The notes: generated from the sequence alone by a model not told the origin. Numbered from the stretch's first letter, positions 28,612-38,152 are shown. The stretch is 64,000 nucleotides of DNA from Acidimicrobiales bacterium (GCA_035316325.1 DATHJB010000017.1:3434-67433), one strand, 5' to 3'. Program-made: numbers and translations.

Positions 28612-29484
28612 GTGTCGCAGTTCCCCCCTGGCCCCCCACCGAACATCCCCCCGGGAGGCCAGCAGCCGCCCGGTCCACCGCAGCAGCCCCCGGGTCCGCC
28701 CGGCCAGCCGCCCGGCCAGCCCGGCTGGGGCGCCCCGCCGCCGGGCCCTGCCCCACAGCCCGGCTACCCGCCGCAGCAGCCGCCTGGTCCGCCCGGTCAG
28801 CCTCCGGGCCAGCCCGGCTGGGGGCAGCAGCCCTACCCGCCGGCCACGCCTCCCTCCGGCGGTGGCGGCGGTGGTGGCCTCAAGATCCTCATCGGCGTGG
28901 CCGTGGTGGCCGTCGTCGCGATCGGCGCCTTCCTCGTCCTGGGAGGCAGCGACAGCGGCAGCAGCCCGGAGGACGCCCTCAACGACTTCTTCGCCGCGGC
29001 CCAGGACGGTGACTGCGCCGGGATGATGGACCTGATCACCACCTCGTCGTTCGCCGGCGCCGACCTCGACCAGGTGCGCAGCGAGTGCGAGGCGTCGATC
29101 GAGGCCGGCGACAACATCTTCAGCCCGGGCGACTCGATCGACAGCATCGAGACGAAGTCGGAGGAGGGCAACACCGCCGTGCTCACGGTCGCCACCACCA
29201 CCGACGGCGAGCAGACCACCGACGAGATCACCCTCCGCAAGGAGGACGGCGACTGGAAGATCGACTTCTCGGAGATCGGCAGCTCCGACGACTCCGGCGG
29301 TGGAGGCTCCGGCAGCTCTGACGGCTCCGGCGACTCCGGCGACCTCCCGACCGACGACAGCGTCGAGGTCCCCGACGTCTCGATCCCCGAGGACCTCGAC
29401 CTGCCCGACGACATCCCGCCGGAGTGCGACTTCTCGTCGTCCGACTACGACCCGGACGCCTGCCTCGACGCGATGGGCGGCTGA
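28612..29484 (+). CDS. Paralogous proline-rich membrane protein with DUF4878-like domain
   Basis: Duplicated PQQPPGPPGQPPGQPGWG, one TM, SPEDALNDFF...DC...KEDGDWKID, acidic Cys-containing tail. Confidence 0.7.
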   Translation: MSQFPPGPPPNIPPGGQQPPGPPQQPPGPPGQPPGQPGWGAPPPGPAPQPGYPPQQPPGPPGQPPGQPGWGQQPYPPATPPSGGGGGGGLKILIGVAVVAVVAIGAFLVLGGSDSGSSPEDALNDFFAAAQDGDCAGMMDLITTSSFAGADLDQVRSECEASIEAGDNIFSPGDSIDSIETKSEEGNTAVLTVATTTDGEQTTDEITLRKEDGDWKIDFSEIGSSDDSGGGGSGSSDGSGDSGDLPTDDSVEVPDVSIPEDLDLPDDIPPECDFSSSDYDPDACLDAMGG

Positions 29485-29501
29485 CCCGGGAGAATGAACC
29501 C

Positions 29502-30128
29502 ATGACGACCGGTCCGACGCCCACCACCCTGCATGTCGACGACACTGCCTGGGAGATCCACAAGCTGGTCGTCGGACCGGTCGACAACAACGTGTTCGTG
29601 CTGCGCTGCAAGTCCACCGGCGACGCCGTCCTGCTCGACGCCGCCAACGAGCACGACAAGCTGCTGGAGCTGTGCCGGGCGCTCAACGTGCGGCAGGTGC
29701 TGGAGACCCACGGTCACTGGGACCACATCCAGGCCGTGCCCCAGCTGCGCGACGCCGGCTACTCCGTGCACGTCACCGCGGCCGACGCCGACATGCTGCC
29801 GTCGTACGACCAGGTGCTGGAGCACGACACGGTGATCGAGGTGGGCGACCTGCGGCTGCGCACGATCCTCACGCCGGGCCACACGCCCGGGTCGATCTGC
29901 TTCCGGCTGGAGGGCTCGCCGATCCTGTTCAGCGGCGACACCCTGTTCCCGGGCGGGCCGGGGAACACCAAGTTCCCGGGCGGCGACTTCCCCACGATCG
30001 TCACCTCGATCGAGGACCGCCTGTTCACGTTGCCGCCCGACATCCTGGTGCTGCCCGGCCACGGCGACGACACCACGATCGGCAACGAACGGCCCCACCT
30101 GCAGGAGTGGATCGACCGGGGCTGGTAG
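29502..30128 (+). CDS. MBL-fold metallo-hydrolase (glyoxalase II-like)
   Basis: THGHWDH, TPGHTPGS, FSGDTLF, PGHG. Confidence 0.92.
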   Translation: MTTGPTPTTLHVDDTAWEIHKLVVGPVDNNVFVLRCKSTGDAVLLDAANEHDKLLELCRALNVRQVLETHGHWDHIQAVPQLRDAGYSVHVTAADADMLPSYDQVLEHDTVIEVGDLRLRTILTPGHTPGSICFRLEGSPILFSGDTLFPGGPGNTKFPGGDFPTIVTSIEDRLFTLPPDILVLPGHGDDTTIGNERPHLQEWIDRGW

Positions 30129-30147
30129 GGCTGGTAGGACCGCCGCC

Positions 30148-30543
30148 GTGACCGACCCCACCCGACCGCTCCGCTACGACGAGCGTCCTGTCGACGACAC
30201 GCCCGTCCACACCGTCGACCTCCCACCCACGCCGGTGCGCGACCGCAACATCCCGGCGACGGCGTGGGTCGAGGCGCCCGACGAGCTGCTCCACCTGGGC
30301 GACGACCTGCCGGGCCGCCCCGTCGCCGAGTACAAGCGCCGCATCGGCCCGTGGCTGCTGTGGCGCTCCGGCGGTGCCACCAAGGCCGATGCCCGCTACT
30401 GGGCCGCCCTCGCCGACGACCTCGCCACCACCCACGTGTTCCGCCTCTACCCCGACGGCACCGGCACCGGCGAGGGCGCCGCCCACACCCGGCACACCCG
30501 CTTCCGCACCTGGAAGGAATCCCTCCGCGACGCCACGGTATGA
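30148..30543 (+). CDS. Hypothetical protein
   Basis: 131 aa, Trp-rich, host-like codon use. Confidence 0.6.
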   Translation: MTDPTRPLRYDERPVDDTPVHTVDLPPTPVRDRNIPATAWVEAPDELLHLGDDLPGRPVAEYKRRIGPWLLWRSGGATKADARYWAALADDLATTHVFRLYPDGTGTGEGAAHTRHTRFRTWKESLRDATV

Positions 30544-30565
30544 CGCCCGGACCTCGGACCGGACT

Positions 30566-30581
30566 GGACTAGACTTAGTCC
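30566..30581. promoter_or_regulatory. Putative toxin-antitoxin operator
   Basis: GGACTA-N4-TAGTCC immediately before ATG 30582, with additional GGACT/GGACC direct repeats upstream. Confidence 0.6.
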
Positions 30582-30812
30582 ATGGTGGTCAACATCCATC
30601 AAGCGAAGACCCACTTCTCGCGGTACGTCGACGCCGCTGCCGCCGGCGAGGACATCGTGATCGCCAAGGCGGGTCGGCCGGTGGCTCGACTGGTGCCGTA
30701 CGTCGAGCGCGGTCCGGCGCGGCACCCGGGGCGGTGGGCCGGCCGGATGACCATCGCGGACGACTTCGACAGCACGCCCGCATGGCTGGTCGACGCGTTC
30801 GAGGGCGCGTGA
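30582..30812 (+). CDS. Phd/YefM-family antitoxin
   Basis: VNIHQAKTHFSRYV...AGEDIVIAKAGRPVARLVP. Confidence 0.92.
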   Translation: MVVNIHQAKTHFSRYVDAAAAGEDIVIAKAGRPVARLVPYVERGPARHPGRWAGRMTIADDFDSTPAWLVDAFEGA

Positions 30813-31183
30813 ACCTCCTACTCGACACGCACGCGTTCCTCTGGTGGCTCGAGGGCACGCACCTTCCGGAGGAGGTGGCCGCCCGGATCTCCGATCCCGA
30901 GCAACCGGTGGCGGTCAGCGCCGCATCGATCTGGGAAGCCTCGGTCAAGGAGGCCCTGGGGAAGCTCCACACACCTGAACCGCTCGTCGAGGTCGTCGCC
31001 GACGACGGGTTCCGGCCGCTCGCGATCAGCTTCGAGCACGCGGCGCGGGCCGCCGAGCTGCCGCCGCACCACCGCGATCCGTTCGATCGGATGCTGATCG
31101 CGCAGGCGCAGATCGAGGGGCTGACGATCGTCACGCACGACGCGCAGTTCGCCCGCTACGACGTCCCGATCCTGAGCTGCTGA
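30809..31183 (+). CDS. vapC: VapC PIN-domain toxin
   Basis: LLLDTHAFLW, SAASIWE, HRDPFDRMLIAQA, VTHD. Confidence 0.92.
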   Translation: MNLLLDTHAFLWWLEGTHLPEEVAARISDPEQPVAVSAASIWEASVKEALGKLHTPEPLVEVVADDGFRPLAISFEHAARAAELPPHHRDPFDRMLIAQAQIEGLTIVTHDAQFARYDVPILSC

Positions 31184-31401
31184 GCCGGAAACCCATCTCC
31201 GCCGCTGGTTTGTCACGCCGGGGCCGCGCGTTCTGCCATCCTGGAGGTGCGCACCAGCGGCGGGCTCCGGCTGGCGCAACGAGGCGGTTCGGGCGCATCC
31301 GCGGACGGCGGTTGTGGCGGCACCGGCGATGGCGGCACCTGGGGCACCCGACAACGGTCGCGCGTCGACAGGTCCACGGGCTCGACCCAGGGAGGACGCC
31401 C

Positions 31402-32085
31402 ATGCGACGAGGCTTCACGATCCACCACAACGGTCCCCCGGCCGACTGCCTCGGTCAGCCGCACTCCCGCTGCGTCGCCTTCTGGGCCGGGGTCAAGCGC
31501 TTCCACACCGCCGAGCCGCCCCGCGGCAACGGCTGGTCGGACATCGCCTACAGCTTCGGCATCTGCCCCCACGGCGAGCGGCTGGTGGGCCGCGGCTGGG
31601 ACAAGCGGCAGTTCGCCAACGGCTCCGACGACGTGGGCGCCGACGACGGCGGCGACTCGGAGTGGTACACGGTCCTCACCTTCATCGGCGGCGACGTCTC
31701 CACCCGCGACGAGGAGAAGCCGCCACCCAAGATGGTCGCGGCCACCGCCGCCCTCATCGGCGAGGGCCGCAGGACCGGACGCTGCGGCGACCGCGTCACG
31801 CCCCACAACTTCTGGAAGAAGAAGCCCTGCCCGGGGCCGGTGTTCACCGCCCTGGCCCGGGAGTGGGACAACCGACCGCTCCCGACCAACTTCGAAGTCC
31901 AAGAACCGGAGGAACCCGAGATGCTCATCATCGACAGCCCCGGCCGACCCGCCCTGGTCGTCGGCCTCGGCGGCGTCAAGACGATCAACCCCGCCCAGCG
32001 CAACGCGCTGCGGGCCATCGGCGTCGAACCCAAGCAGGTCGACGGCGCGACCTCGGACGCGCTGCTGTCGCTCCAGGACGACTAG
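31402..32085 (+). CDS. N-acetylmuramoyl-L-alanine amidase (Amidase_2/PGRP-like)
   Basis: GGAGG RBS. TIHH, GWSDIAYSF, GRGW, TPH...KKPCPG supply the His/His/Cys zinc ligands. No signal peptide evident. Confidence 0.8.
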   Translation: MRRGFTIHHNGPPADCLGQPHSRCVAFWAGVKRFHTAEPPRGNGWSDIAYSFGICPHGERLVGRGWDKRQFANGSDDVGADDGGDSEWYTVLTFIGGDVSTRDEEKPPPKMVAATAALIGEGRRTGRCGDRVTPHNFWKKKPCPGPVFTALAREWDNRPLPTNFEVQEPEEPEMLIIDSPGRPALVVGLGGVKTINPAQRNALRAIGVEPKQVDGATSDALLSLQDD

Positions 32086-32123
32086 CAGGCCCCCGACGGA
32101 GCCGTAGGTCACACCCGCGAGCT

Positions 32124-32149
32124 ATTTCTCCTATCCGCGTAGTGCGAAT
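32124..32149. promoter_or_regulatory. 26-bp dyad operator upstream of sufC-sufS-sufU
   Basis: ATTTCTCCTA-TCCGCG-TAGT-GCG-AAT, abutting a TAGAAT -10-like box (32149-32154). Same layout as 55678-55703. Confidence 0.75.
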
Positions 32150-32152
32150 AGA

Positions 32153-32932
32153 ATGCCCCGCATGCCTGAGCCCGTGACAGAGCCGTCGCCTGAGCTCTTC
32201 GCTGTCCAGAACCTGCACGTCCGGGTCGCCGGGACCGACAACGAGATCCTCCGCGGCGTCGACCTCGCCATCGGCGCGGGCGAGCTGCACGCCCTGATGG
32301 GGCCCAACGGGTCGGGCAAGTCGACCCTGGCCAACGCCCTGCTCGCCAGCCCCGAGTACGAGGTCACCGACGGGCGCATCCTGTTCCGGGGCGAGGACGT
32401 CACCGACTGGGACACCGAGGTCCTCGGCAAGGCCGGCATCTTCCTGGCCTTCCAGTACCCGCAGACCATCCAGGGCGTGTCGGTGATCAACTTCCTCCGC
32501 CAGGCGCTGTCGGCCCGCAAGGGCATCGACCTCTCGGTCCTCGAGCTGCGCCTGGCGATCATGGAGTGGATGGAGCGCCTCGACATGGATCCGGCGTTCG
32601 CCGACCGGTACCTCAACGAGGGCTTCTCGGGCGGCGAGAAGAAACGCAACGAGATCCTCCAGATGGCCATCCTCGAGCCCGAGGTGGCGATCCTCGACGA
32701 GACCGACTCCGGCCTCGACATCGACGCGCTCAAGGTGGTCGCCCGAGGCGTCGAGGAGGTCCGCAAGGACCGGCCCGAGCTGGGCATCCTGGCCATCACC
32801 CACTACCAGCGGCTGCTCGACTACCTGCAGCCCGACGTGGTCCACATCCTGATCGACGGACGGATCGTCGCCTCGGGCGGTCCGGAGCTGGCGAAGCAGC
32901 TCGAAGCGGAGGGTTACGAGGCATGGCGTTGA
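32153..32932 (+). CDS. sufC: Fe-S assembly ATPase SufC (copy 1)
   Basis: MGPNGSGKSTL, FQYP, NEGFSGGEKKRNE, LDETDSGLDIDAL. ATG 32162 is an alternative, possibly leaderless, start. Confidence 0.95.
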   Translation: MPRMPEPVTEPSPELFAVQNLHVRVAGTDNEILRGVDLAIGAGELHALMGPNGSGKSTLANALLASPEYEVTDGRILFRGEDVTDWDTEVLGKAGIFLAFQYPQTIQGVSVINFLRQALSARKGIDLSVLELRLAIMEWMERLDMDPAFADRYLNEGFSGGEKKRNEILQMAILEPEVAILDETDSGLDIDALKVVARGVEEVRKDRPELGILAITHYQRLLDYLQPDVVHILIDGRIVASGGPELAKQLEAEGYEAWR

Positions 32933-34191
32933 ACCACACCCCCGGAGCGGCCGACGTGCCCGAGCTCGACGTCCCTACCATCCGCAAGAAGTTCCCCATC
33001 CTCGACCAGCAGATGAACGGCCACCGCCTCGTCTACGTCGACTCGGCGTCGTCGTCGCAGAAGCCGGCGTCGGTCATCGACGCCATGAGCCGCTACTACG
33101 AGACCACCCACGCCAACGTGCACCGCGGCGTCTACGCCATCGCCGAGGAGGCCACCCGCCTCTACGAGCAGGCCCGCACCAAGGTGGCCCGCTTCGTCGG
33201 CGCCCCCTCCCCCAACGGCGTGATCTTCACCAAGAACGTCACCGAGGCCATCAACCTGGTGGCGTACTCGTGGGGCCGGGCCAACCTGCAGGCCGGCGAC
33301 GCCATCCTGCTCACCGAGATGGAGCACCACGCCAACCTGGTGCCGTGGCTGATCCTGGCCCAGGAGCGGGGCGTCGAGCTCCGGTACCTGCCGGTCACCG
33401 ACGACTACCAGCTCGACCTGACCGAACTCGACCGCCTCGTCGACGGCGTGAAGCTGGTCTCGGTCACCGCCATGTCGAACGTGCTCGGCACGCTCACGCC
33501 GCTCGACCGCCTGGTCGACGCCGCCCACGCCGCCGGCGCGCTGATCCTGGTCGACGGCGCCCAATACGTCCCCCACCTGCCCACCGACGTGCAGGCCCTC
33601 GACGTCGACTTCTTCGGCTTCACCGGCCACAAGATGCTCGGGCCGACCGGCATCGGCGTGCTGTGGGCCCGCGAGGAGCTGCTGGAGGCCATGCCGGCGT
33701 TCCTCGGCGGCGGCGAGATGATCCGCGACGTGCGGCTCGACGGCTGGACGCCCAACGACCTTCCCTGGAAGTTCGAGGCCGGCACGCCACCGATCGCCGA
33801 GGCCGTGGGCCTGGCCGTGGCGGTCGACGAGCTGACCGCCATCGGTATGGACGCCGTGCGGGCCCACGAGGTGTCGCTGACGGGGTACGCCCTGCGCACG
33901 CTCACCGAGCGCTTCGGCGACGACCTCGCCATCCACGGTCCCTCCGAGCCGTCGCAGCGAGGCGGCGTCGTGTCGATGCAGCTGGGTGACATCCACGCGC
34001 ACGACGTCTCGCAGGTGCTCGACCAGCACGGTGTGTGCGTGCGGGCCGGGCACCACTGCGCCAAGCCGCTGATGCGGCGTCTCGGCGTCAACGCCACGGC
34101 CCGGGCGTCGTTCTACGTGTACAACGACACGGACGACGTCGACGCACTGGCCGACGCGCTCGCAGCGACGCGAGACTTCTTCGCCATCTAG
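32923..34191 (+). CDS. sufS: Cysteine desulfurase SufS
   Basis: YVDSASSSQKP, ANVHRG, EMEHHAN, TGHKM, EAGTP, RAGHHCA. Confidence 0.95.
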   Translation: MALNHTPGAADVPELDVPTIRKKFPILDQQMNGHRLVYVDSASSSQKPASVIDAMSRYYETTHANVHRGVYAIAEEATRLYEQARTKVARFVGAPSPNGVIFTKNVTEAINLVAYSWGRANLQAGDAILLTEMEHHANLVPWLILAQERGVELRYLPVTDDYQLDLTELDRLVDGVKLVSVTAMSNVLGTLTPLDRLVDAAHAAGALILVDGAQYVPHLPTDVQALDVDFFGFTGHKMLGPTGIGVLWAREELLEAMPAFLGGGEMIRDVRLDGWTPNDLPWKFEAGTPPIAEAVGLAVAVDELTAIGMDAVRAHEVSLTGYALRTLTERFGDDLAIHGPSEPSQRGGVVSMQLGDIHAHDVSQVLDQHGVCVRAGHHCAKPLMRRLGVNATARASFYVYNDTDDVDALADALAATRDFFAI

Positions 34192-34211
34192 TCCGGAAGG
34201 AACCCCAGCGC

Positions 34212-34712
34212 ATGCCCGGTCTCGAAGATCTCTACCGCGAGATCATCCTCGACCACTATCGCAACCCACGGAACCGGGGTGAGCTCCCCGTGCCGCCCAG
34301 CACCCGGGTGGAGGGGTTCAACCCGCTGTGCGGCGACGAGATCGTGGTCTACCTCGAGGTCGATCCCGACACCGACACCGTGAGCGACCTGCGCATCGAT
34401 GGGCAGGGCTGCTCGATCAGCCAGTCGTCGGCGTCGATGATGTCGGCGGCGGTGAAGGGCAGGACGCTCGACGAGGTGCGGGCGCTCTCCCGGGCGTTCA
34501 AGGCGATGATGTCGATCCACGAGCAGGCGCTCGACGACGGGTCCGACGGCGCCGACGCCACCACGGCCGACGACCTGGAGATCCACGAGGACGTGAAGCT
34601 CGGCGACCTGGAGGCTCTCCGCGGGGTCGTGAAGTTCCCGGTCCGCATCAAGTGCGCGACCCTCTCGTGGAACACCCTGCTCCAGGGCCTCGAGGAGACC
34701 GCCAAGCCGTAA
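34212..34712 (+). CDS. sufU: SufU (NifU/IscU-like sulfur transfer protein)
   Basis: LYREIILDHY.NPRN.G, NPLCGD, GCSISQ.SASMM, RIKCATL. Confidence 0.93.
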   Translation: MPGLEDLYREIILDHYRNPRNRGELPVPPSTRVEGFNPLCGDEIVVYLEVDPDTDTVSDLRIDGQGCSISQSSASMMSAAVKGRTLDEVRALSRAFKAMMSIHEQALDDGSDGADATTADDLEIHEDVKLGDLEALRGVVKFPVRIKCATLSWNTLLQGLEETAKP

Positions 34713-34724
34713 CGCCGCCGATCC

Positions 34725-34769
34725 CCCAACCTCCGCCCGGGACACCGCGCTTCGGGGCGGAACGGGGGA
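34725..34769 (+). terminator. Probable hairpin terminator after sufU
   Basis: ccccc-aacctccgccc...ggggcggaac-ggggg imperfect stem. Confidence 0.4.
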
Positions 34770-34783
34770 AGCATGCGGAGGAT

Positions 34784-35166
34784 CTCTGGACCGCGGAGCT
34801 GGGCGCGGCGATCAGCGTCGCCCCTGCCGTCGCCGGCGACACGATCCTGGTGGCGGCCGACGACGGGCGGCTGGTGGCGCTCCCCGCGGCCGGCTGCGGC
34901 GCCCCGACCTGCACGCCGGGGTGGGAGGCGTCGGTGGGTGGCACGCCCGCGACGGCGCCGGTGGTCGGTGGCGAGGTGGTGTACGTCGCCACCACGGCGG
35001 GCGACGTGGCCGCCTTCCCGCTCGGCGGCTGCGCGTCGCCACCGCCGTGCGCGCCGCTGACCACGGTCTCGGCCGGCAGCCGGGTCACGGGTGGCACGCC
35101 CGCGACGGCCGGGTGGTGGTCGGCACGGAGGACGGCCGCCTGGTCGCCTTCGGACTCCCGGGGTAA
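34784..35166 (+). pseudogene. 5'-truncated, frameshifted PQQ-like beta-propeller gene fragment
   Basis: LWTAELG...AGCGAPTCTP...VVYVA, then a frameshift near 35100 to GRVVVGTEDGRLVAFGLPG*. Parallels the C-terminus of 35522-36712. Confidence 0.7.
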
Positions 35167-35173
35167 CCGCCCG

Positions 35174-35458
35174 CTACTCGCCGAGGGCGCTGTTGACGGC
35201 GGCGGCGAGGGCGAAGCACTGCTCGGTGATGCCGCCCTCGGCGTGGCTGGAGATGTCGATCACCACCCGGTTCCAGCTGTTCGACCAGTCGGGGTGGTGG
35301 TTCAGCTTCTCGGCATGGATGGCGACCATGGTCATGAAGCCGAAGGCCTCCACGAAGTTGCGGAGCTCGATCTCCCGGTGGAGCCGACCGTCGGCGAGCC
35401 CCCAGCCCGGCACTTCGACCAGGCGGGCCTCGGCTTCGTCGTGACTGAGGCGTGTCAT
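35174..35458 (-). CDS. phhB: Pterin-4-alpha-carbinolamine dehydratase
   Basis: GW...L.R...F..AFGFM..VA..AEKLNHHPDWSNSWNRV.I...SH..GGIT. Confidence 0.9.
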   Translation of the reverse strand: MTRLSHDEAEARLVEVPGWGLADGRLHREIELRNFVEAFGFMTMVAIHAEKLNHHPDWSNSWNRVVIDISSHAEGGITEQCFALAAAVNSALGE

Positions 35459-35521
35459 GCCAGATCCTTGCCCCGCCGGCACGGGATAGATTCCTGCCCG
35501 AGGCGAACCAGGGGGAAAGCG

Positions 35522-36712
35522 ATGCGCAGGTTCTGGGGGATTCTGGGCGTGGCCGCGCTCGCCACGTCGTTGGGCGGCTGCTGGCTCCAGCAGGGGTTCG
35601 ACGCGGGGCACACCCGCTACAACCCCGACGAGACGGCGATCACCAGCGCCAACGTCGACCAGGTCGTGCAGCTGTGGTCGGCCGACACGGGTGACGTACC
35701 CGTCACGTGGCCGCTGTCGGTGAACGGGTGGGTCTTCGCGGTCTCCCCGACCGACGGGACGTCGGGGAACCGCATCATCGGGGTCGACGCCGCCACCGGC
35801 GCGATCGCCTGGGACACCACGCACTCCGTGTCGGGGTGGCAAATGGGCGCTCCCGTGTACCTCGACGGCAACGTCGTCGTGCCCTACGGCTACCTCCGGG
35901 TCGGCGGCTACGCCTTCGTCGAGGCGACGACGGGCGCCATCGTCGACGACCGGGGGCAGTCGAGCGGCACGTGGGGCAGCGCCGTGGTCGACGGCGAGCT
36001 CGTCACCACGGGCTCCTTCTACGGCTCGGTCATCCCGATCCCCTACAGCGCCTCGATCTACGGGCCGTGCACCGCGTCCATCGCCGGCGTCATGCCCAAC
36101 TCCCCACCGCCGCCGCGGACCGACTTCGCCTACGTCGGCACCGACGTCATGTGGAACTCGGGTACGCGTGCACAGGGTTTCGTCGGCTGCGACCCCGAGA
36201 CCGGGCAGTACACCACGACGTGGCTCACCGAGCTGGGCGGCCAGCCCACCGGCGTGGTCGCCGTCGGCGACGACGACGTCGCCTACACCGACGCGACCGG
36301 CACCCTCACGGTGCTCGACTCGAGCACGGGAGCTGTCCTCTGGACCGCCGAGCTGGGTGGCTCCCCCGCCGCACCGGCCGTCGCCGAGGGACAACTGTTC
36401 GCCACGACCGGCGACAACCGGCTGGTCGTGCTCAACGCCGCCACCGGGGCCGTGCAGTGGGAGGCCGCGCTCGGCGAGGGCGGCAGGGCCACCGTGGCCG
36501 GCGACGTCGTGTACGTGACGCAGGTCGCCGGCGACACGATCCTCGCCTTCGCCCGTGCCGGCTGCGGTGCCGCGACCTGCACCCCGTTGACGACGATCAC
36601 CGTCGGCGGCGACATGACGAGCGACCCCATCGTCGACGACGGGCGCCTGGTGGTCGGCACCACCGACGGCCGCATCGTCGCCTACGGGCTTCCCGACGAT
36701 TACTCCGGGTAG
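35522..36712 (+). CDS. PQQ-like beta-propeller repeat lipoprotein
   Basis: Signal peptide with LGGC lipobox. Repeated DA.TG..(L)W / LNAATGAVQW blades. Confidence 0.8.
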   Translation: MRRFWGILGVAALATSLGGCWLQQGFDAGHTRYNPDETAITSANVDQVVQLWSADTGDVPVTWPLSVNGWVFAVSPTDGTSGNRIIGVDAATGAIAWDTTHSVSGWQMGAPVYLDGNVVVPYGYLRVGGYAFVEATTGAIVDDRGQSSGTWGSAVVDGELVTTGSFYGSVIPIPYSASIYGPCTASIAGVMPNSPPPPRTDFAYVGTDVMWNSGTRAQGFVGCDPETGQYTTTWLTELGGQPTGVVAVGDDDVAYTDATGTLTVLDSSTGAVLWTAELGGSPAAPAVAEGQLFATTGDNRLVVLNAATGAVQWEAALGEGGRATVAGDVVYVTQVAGDTILAFARAGCGAATCTPLTTITVGGDMTSDPIVDDGRLVVGTTDGRIVAYGLPDDYSG

Positions 36713-36748
36713 GGTCTCGCTCCACCGATCCAGCGACCGGGGGATGCG

Positions 36749-38152
36749 ATGGGACTCGACCAAGCCGAGCTGACGCCGTTGTTCGAGAAGGTCGTCGGAG
36801 CCGGCAACGTGCTCGCCGGCGACGCCGCCAGCGACGACTACAGCCACGACGAGGCCCTCACCACCCCGCCCGTCGCTCCGGCCGCCGTGGTGCTCCCGGC
36901 GACGACCGAGGAGGTCGCCGCGGTCCTCCGGCTGGCCGACGAGCACCGCATCCCCGTGACCGCCCGCGGTGCCGGCACCGGCATGTCGGGCGCCTGCGTC
37001 CCCCAGGCCGACGGCATCGTCGTGTCCTTCGAGCGCATGAACCACGTGCTGGAGGTCGACGAGGAGAACTACGTCGCCGTGGTCGAGCCGGGCGTGCAGC
37101 TCGACCAGCTCGACGCCGTGCTCGCCCCGCTCGGCCTCGTCTACCCGGTGTTCCCCGGCGAGTACTCGGCCAGCCTGGGCGGCAACGTGAGCACCAACGC
37201 CGGCGGCATGCGGGCCGTGAAGTACGGCGTCACCCGCCAGCACGTGCTGGGCCTCGACGCCGTGCTGCCGTCGGGCGAGGTGATCCAGTGCGGCGGCAAG
37301 ATCGTGAAGGTCTCCACCGGCTACGACCTCACCCAGCTCGTCGTCGGCTCCGAGGGCACGCTCGCCCTGGTCACCAAGGCCTACCTCAAGCTCTATCCCC
37401 GCCCGGCCCACGGCGCCACCGTGCTCGCGCCCTTCACCACGCTCGACGAGGTGACCAACGCGGTGCCGAAGATCGTGGCCAGCGGCGTCGGCCCGCTCAT
37501 CCTCGAGTACATCGACATGCTGACGATGGCCGCCATGTCGTCGCACCTCGGGCTGGAGCTGGGCATCCCCGACGACGTGAAGGAGCGGGCCTTCGCCTAC
37601 CTGGTGGTCGGGCTGGAGAGCACCCACGCCGACCGCCTGGACGAGGATGCCCAGACGGTCAGCGAGCTGATCGCCGAGCTGGGCGCCATCGACGTGTACG
37701 TGCTGCCGCCCGCCGCCGCCACCCAGCTCATCGACGCCCGCGAGAAGGCGTTCTGGGTGGCCAAGGCCAGCGGCGCCGACGACATCATCGACGTGGTCGT
37801 GCCCCGGGCCAGCGTCCCGGAGTTCATGCAGAAGGTGGGCGAGATCGCGTCCGCCAACGGCGCCTGGATCGCCGGCTGCGGCCATGCCGGCGACGGGAAC
37901 GTCCACATGGCGGTGTTCCAGAAGGACGAGGAGGCGCGCCACCGGGTGATGACCGAGCTGTTCCGGACGGGCATGGACCTGGGCGGTGCGATCTCCGGGG
38001 AGCACGGGCTCGGGCGGGCCAAGAAGGGGTACTTCCTCGAACTGGAGGATCCCGCCAAGATCGCCCTGATGCGCCGCATCAAGACCGCCTTCGACCCCAA
38101 CGGGATCCTCAACCCCGGCACGATCTTCGACGACGAGGAGTATCACGCATGA
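36749..38152 (+). CDS. FAD-linked oxidase, GlcD/D-2-hydroxyacid dehydrogenase family
   Basis: RGAGTGMSG, SLGGNVSTNAGG..AVKYG, GSEGTL, GHAGDGNVH, SGEHGLG, DPNGILNPG. Confidence 0.9.
   Translation: MGLDQAELTPLFEKVVGAGNVLAGDAASDDYSHDEALTTPPVAPAAVVLPATTEEVAAVLRLADEHRIPVTARGAGTGMSGACVPQADGIVVSFERMNHVLEVDEENYVAVVEPGVQLDQLDAVLAPLGLVYPVFPGEYSASLGGNVSTNAGGMRAVKYGVTRQHVLGLDAVLPSGEVIQCGGKIVKVSTGYDLTQLVVGSEGTLALVTKAYLKLYPRPAHGATVLAPFTTLDEVTNAVPKIVASGVGPLILEYIDMLTMAAMSSHLGLELGIPDDVKERAFAYLVVGLESTHADRLDEDAQTVSELIAELGAIDVYVLPPAAATQLIDAREKAFWVAKASGADDIIDVVVPRASVPEFMQKVGEIASANGAWIAGCGHAGDGNVHMAVFQKDEEARHRVMTELFRTGMDLGGAISGEHGLGRAKKGYFLELEDPAKIALMRRIKTAFDPNGILNPGTIFDDEEYHA

Noticed and set aside
28675-28830. 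Repetitive DNA as a CRISPR array
   Set aside because: It is an in-frame Pro/Gln/Gly coding repeat with no unique spacers.
31184-31401. c-di-AMP (ydaO) riboswitch upstream of the amidase
   Set aside because: I could not find the conserved ydaO sequence blocks. An Rfam/Infernal scan would settle it.
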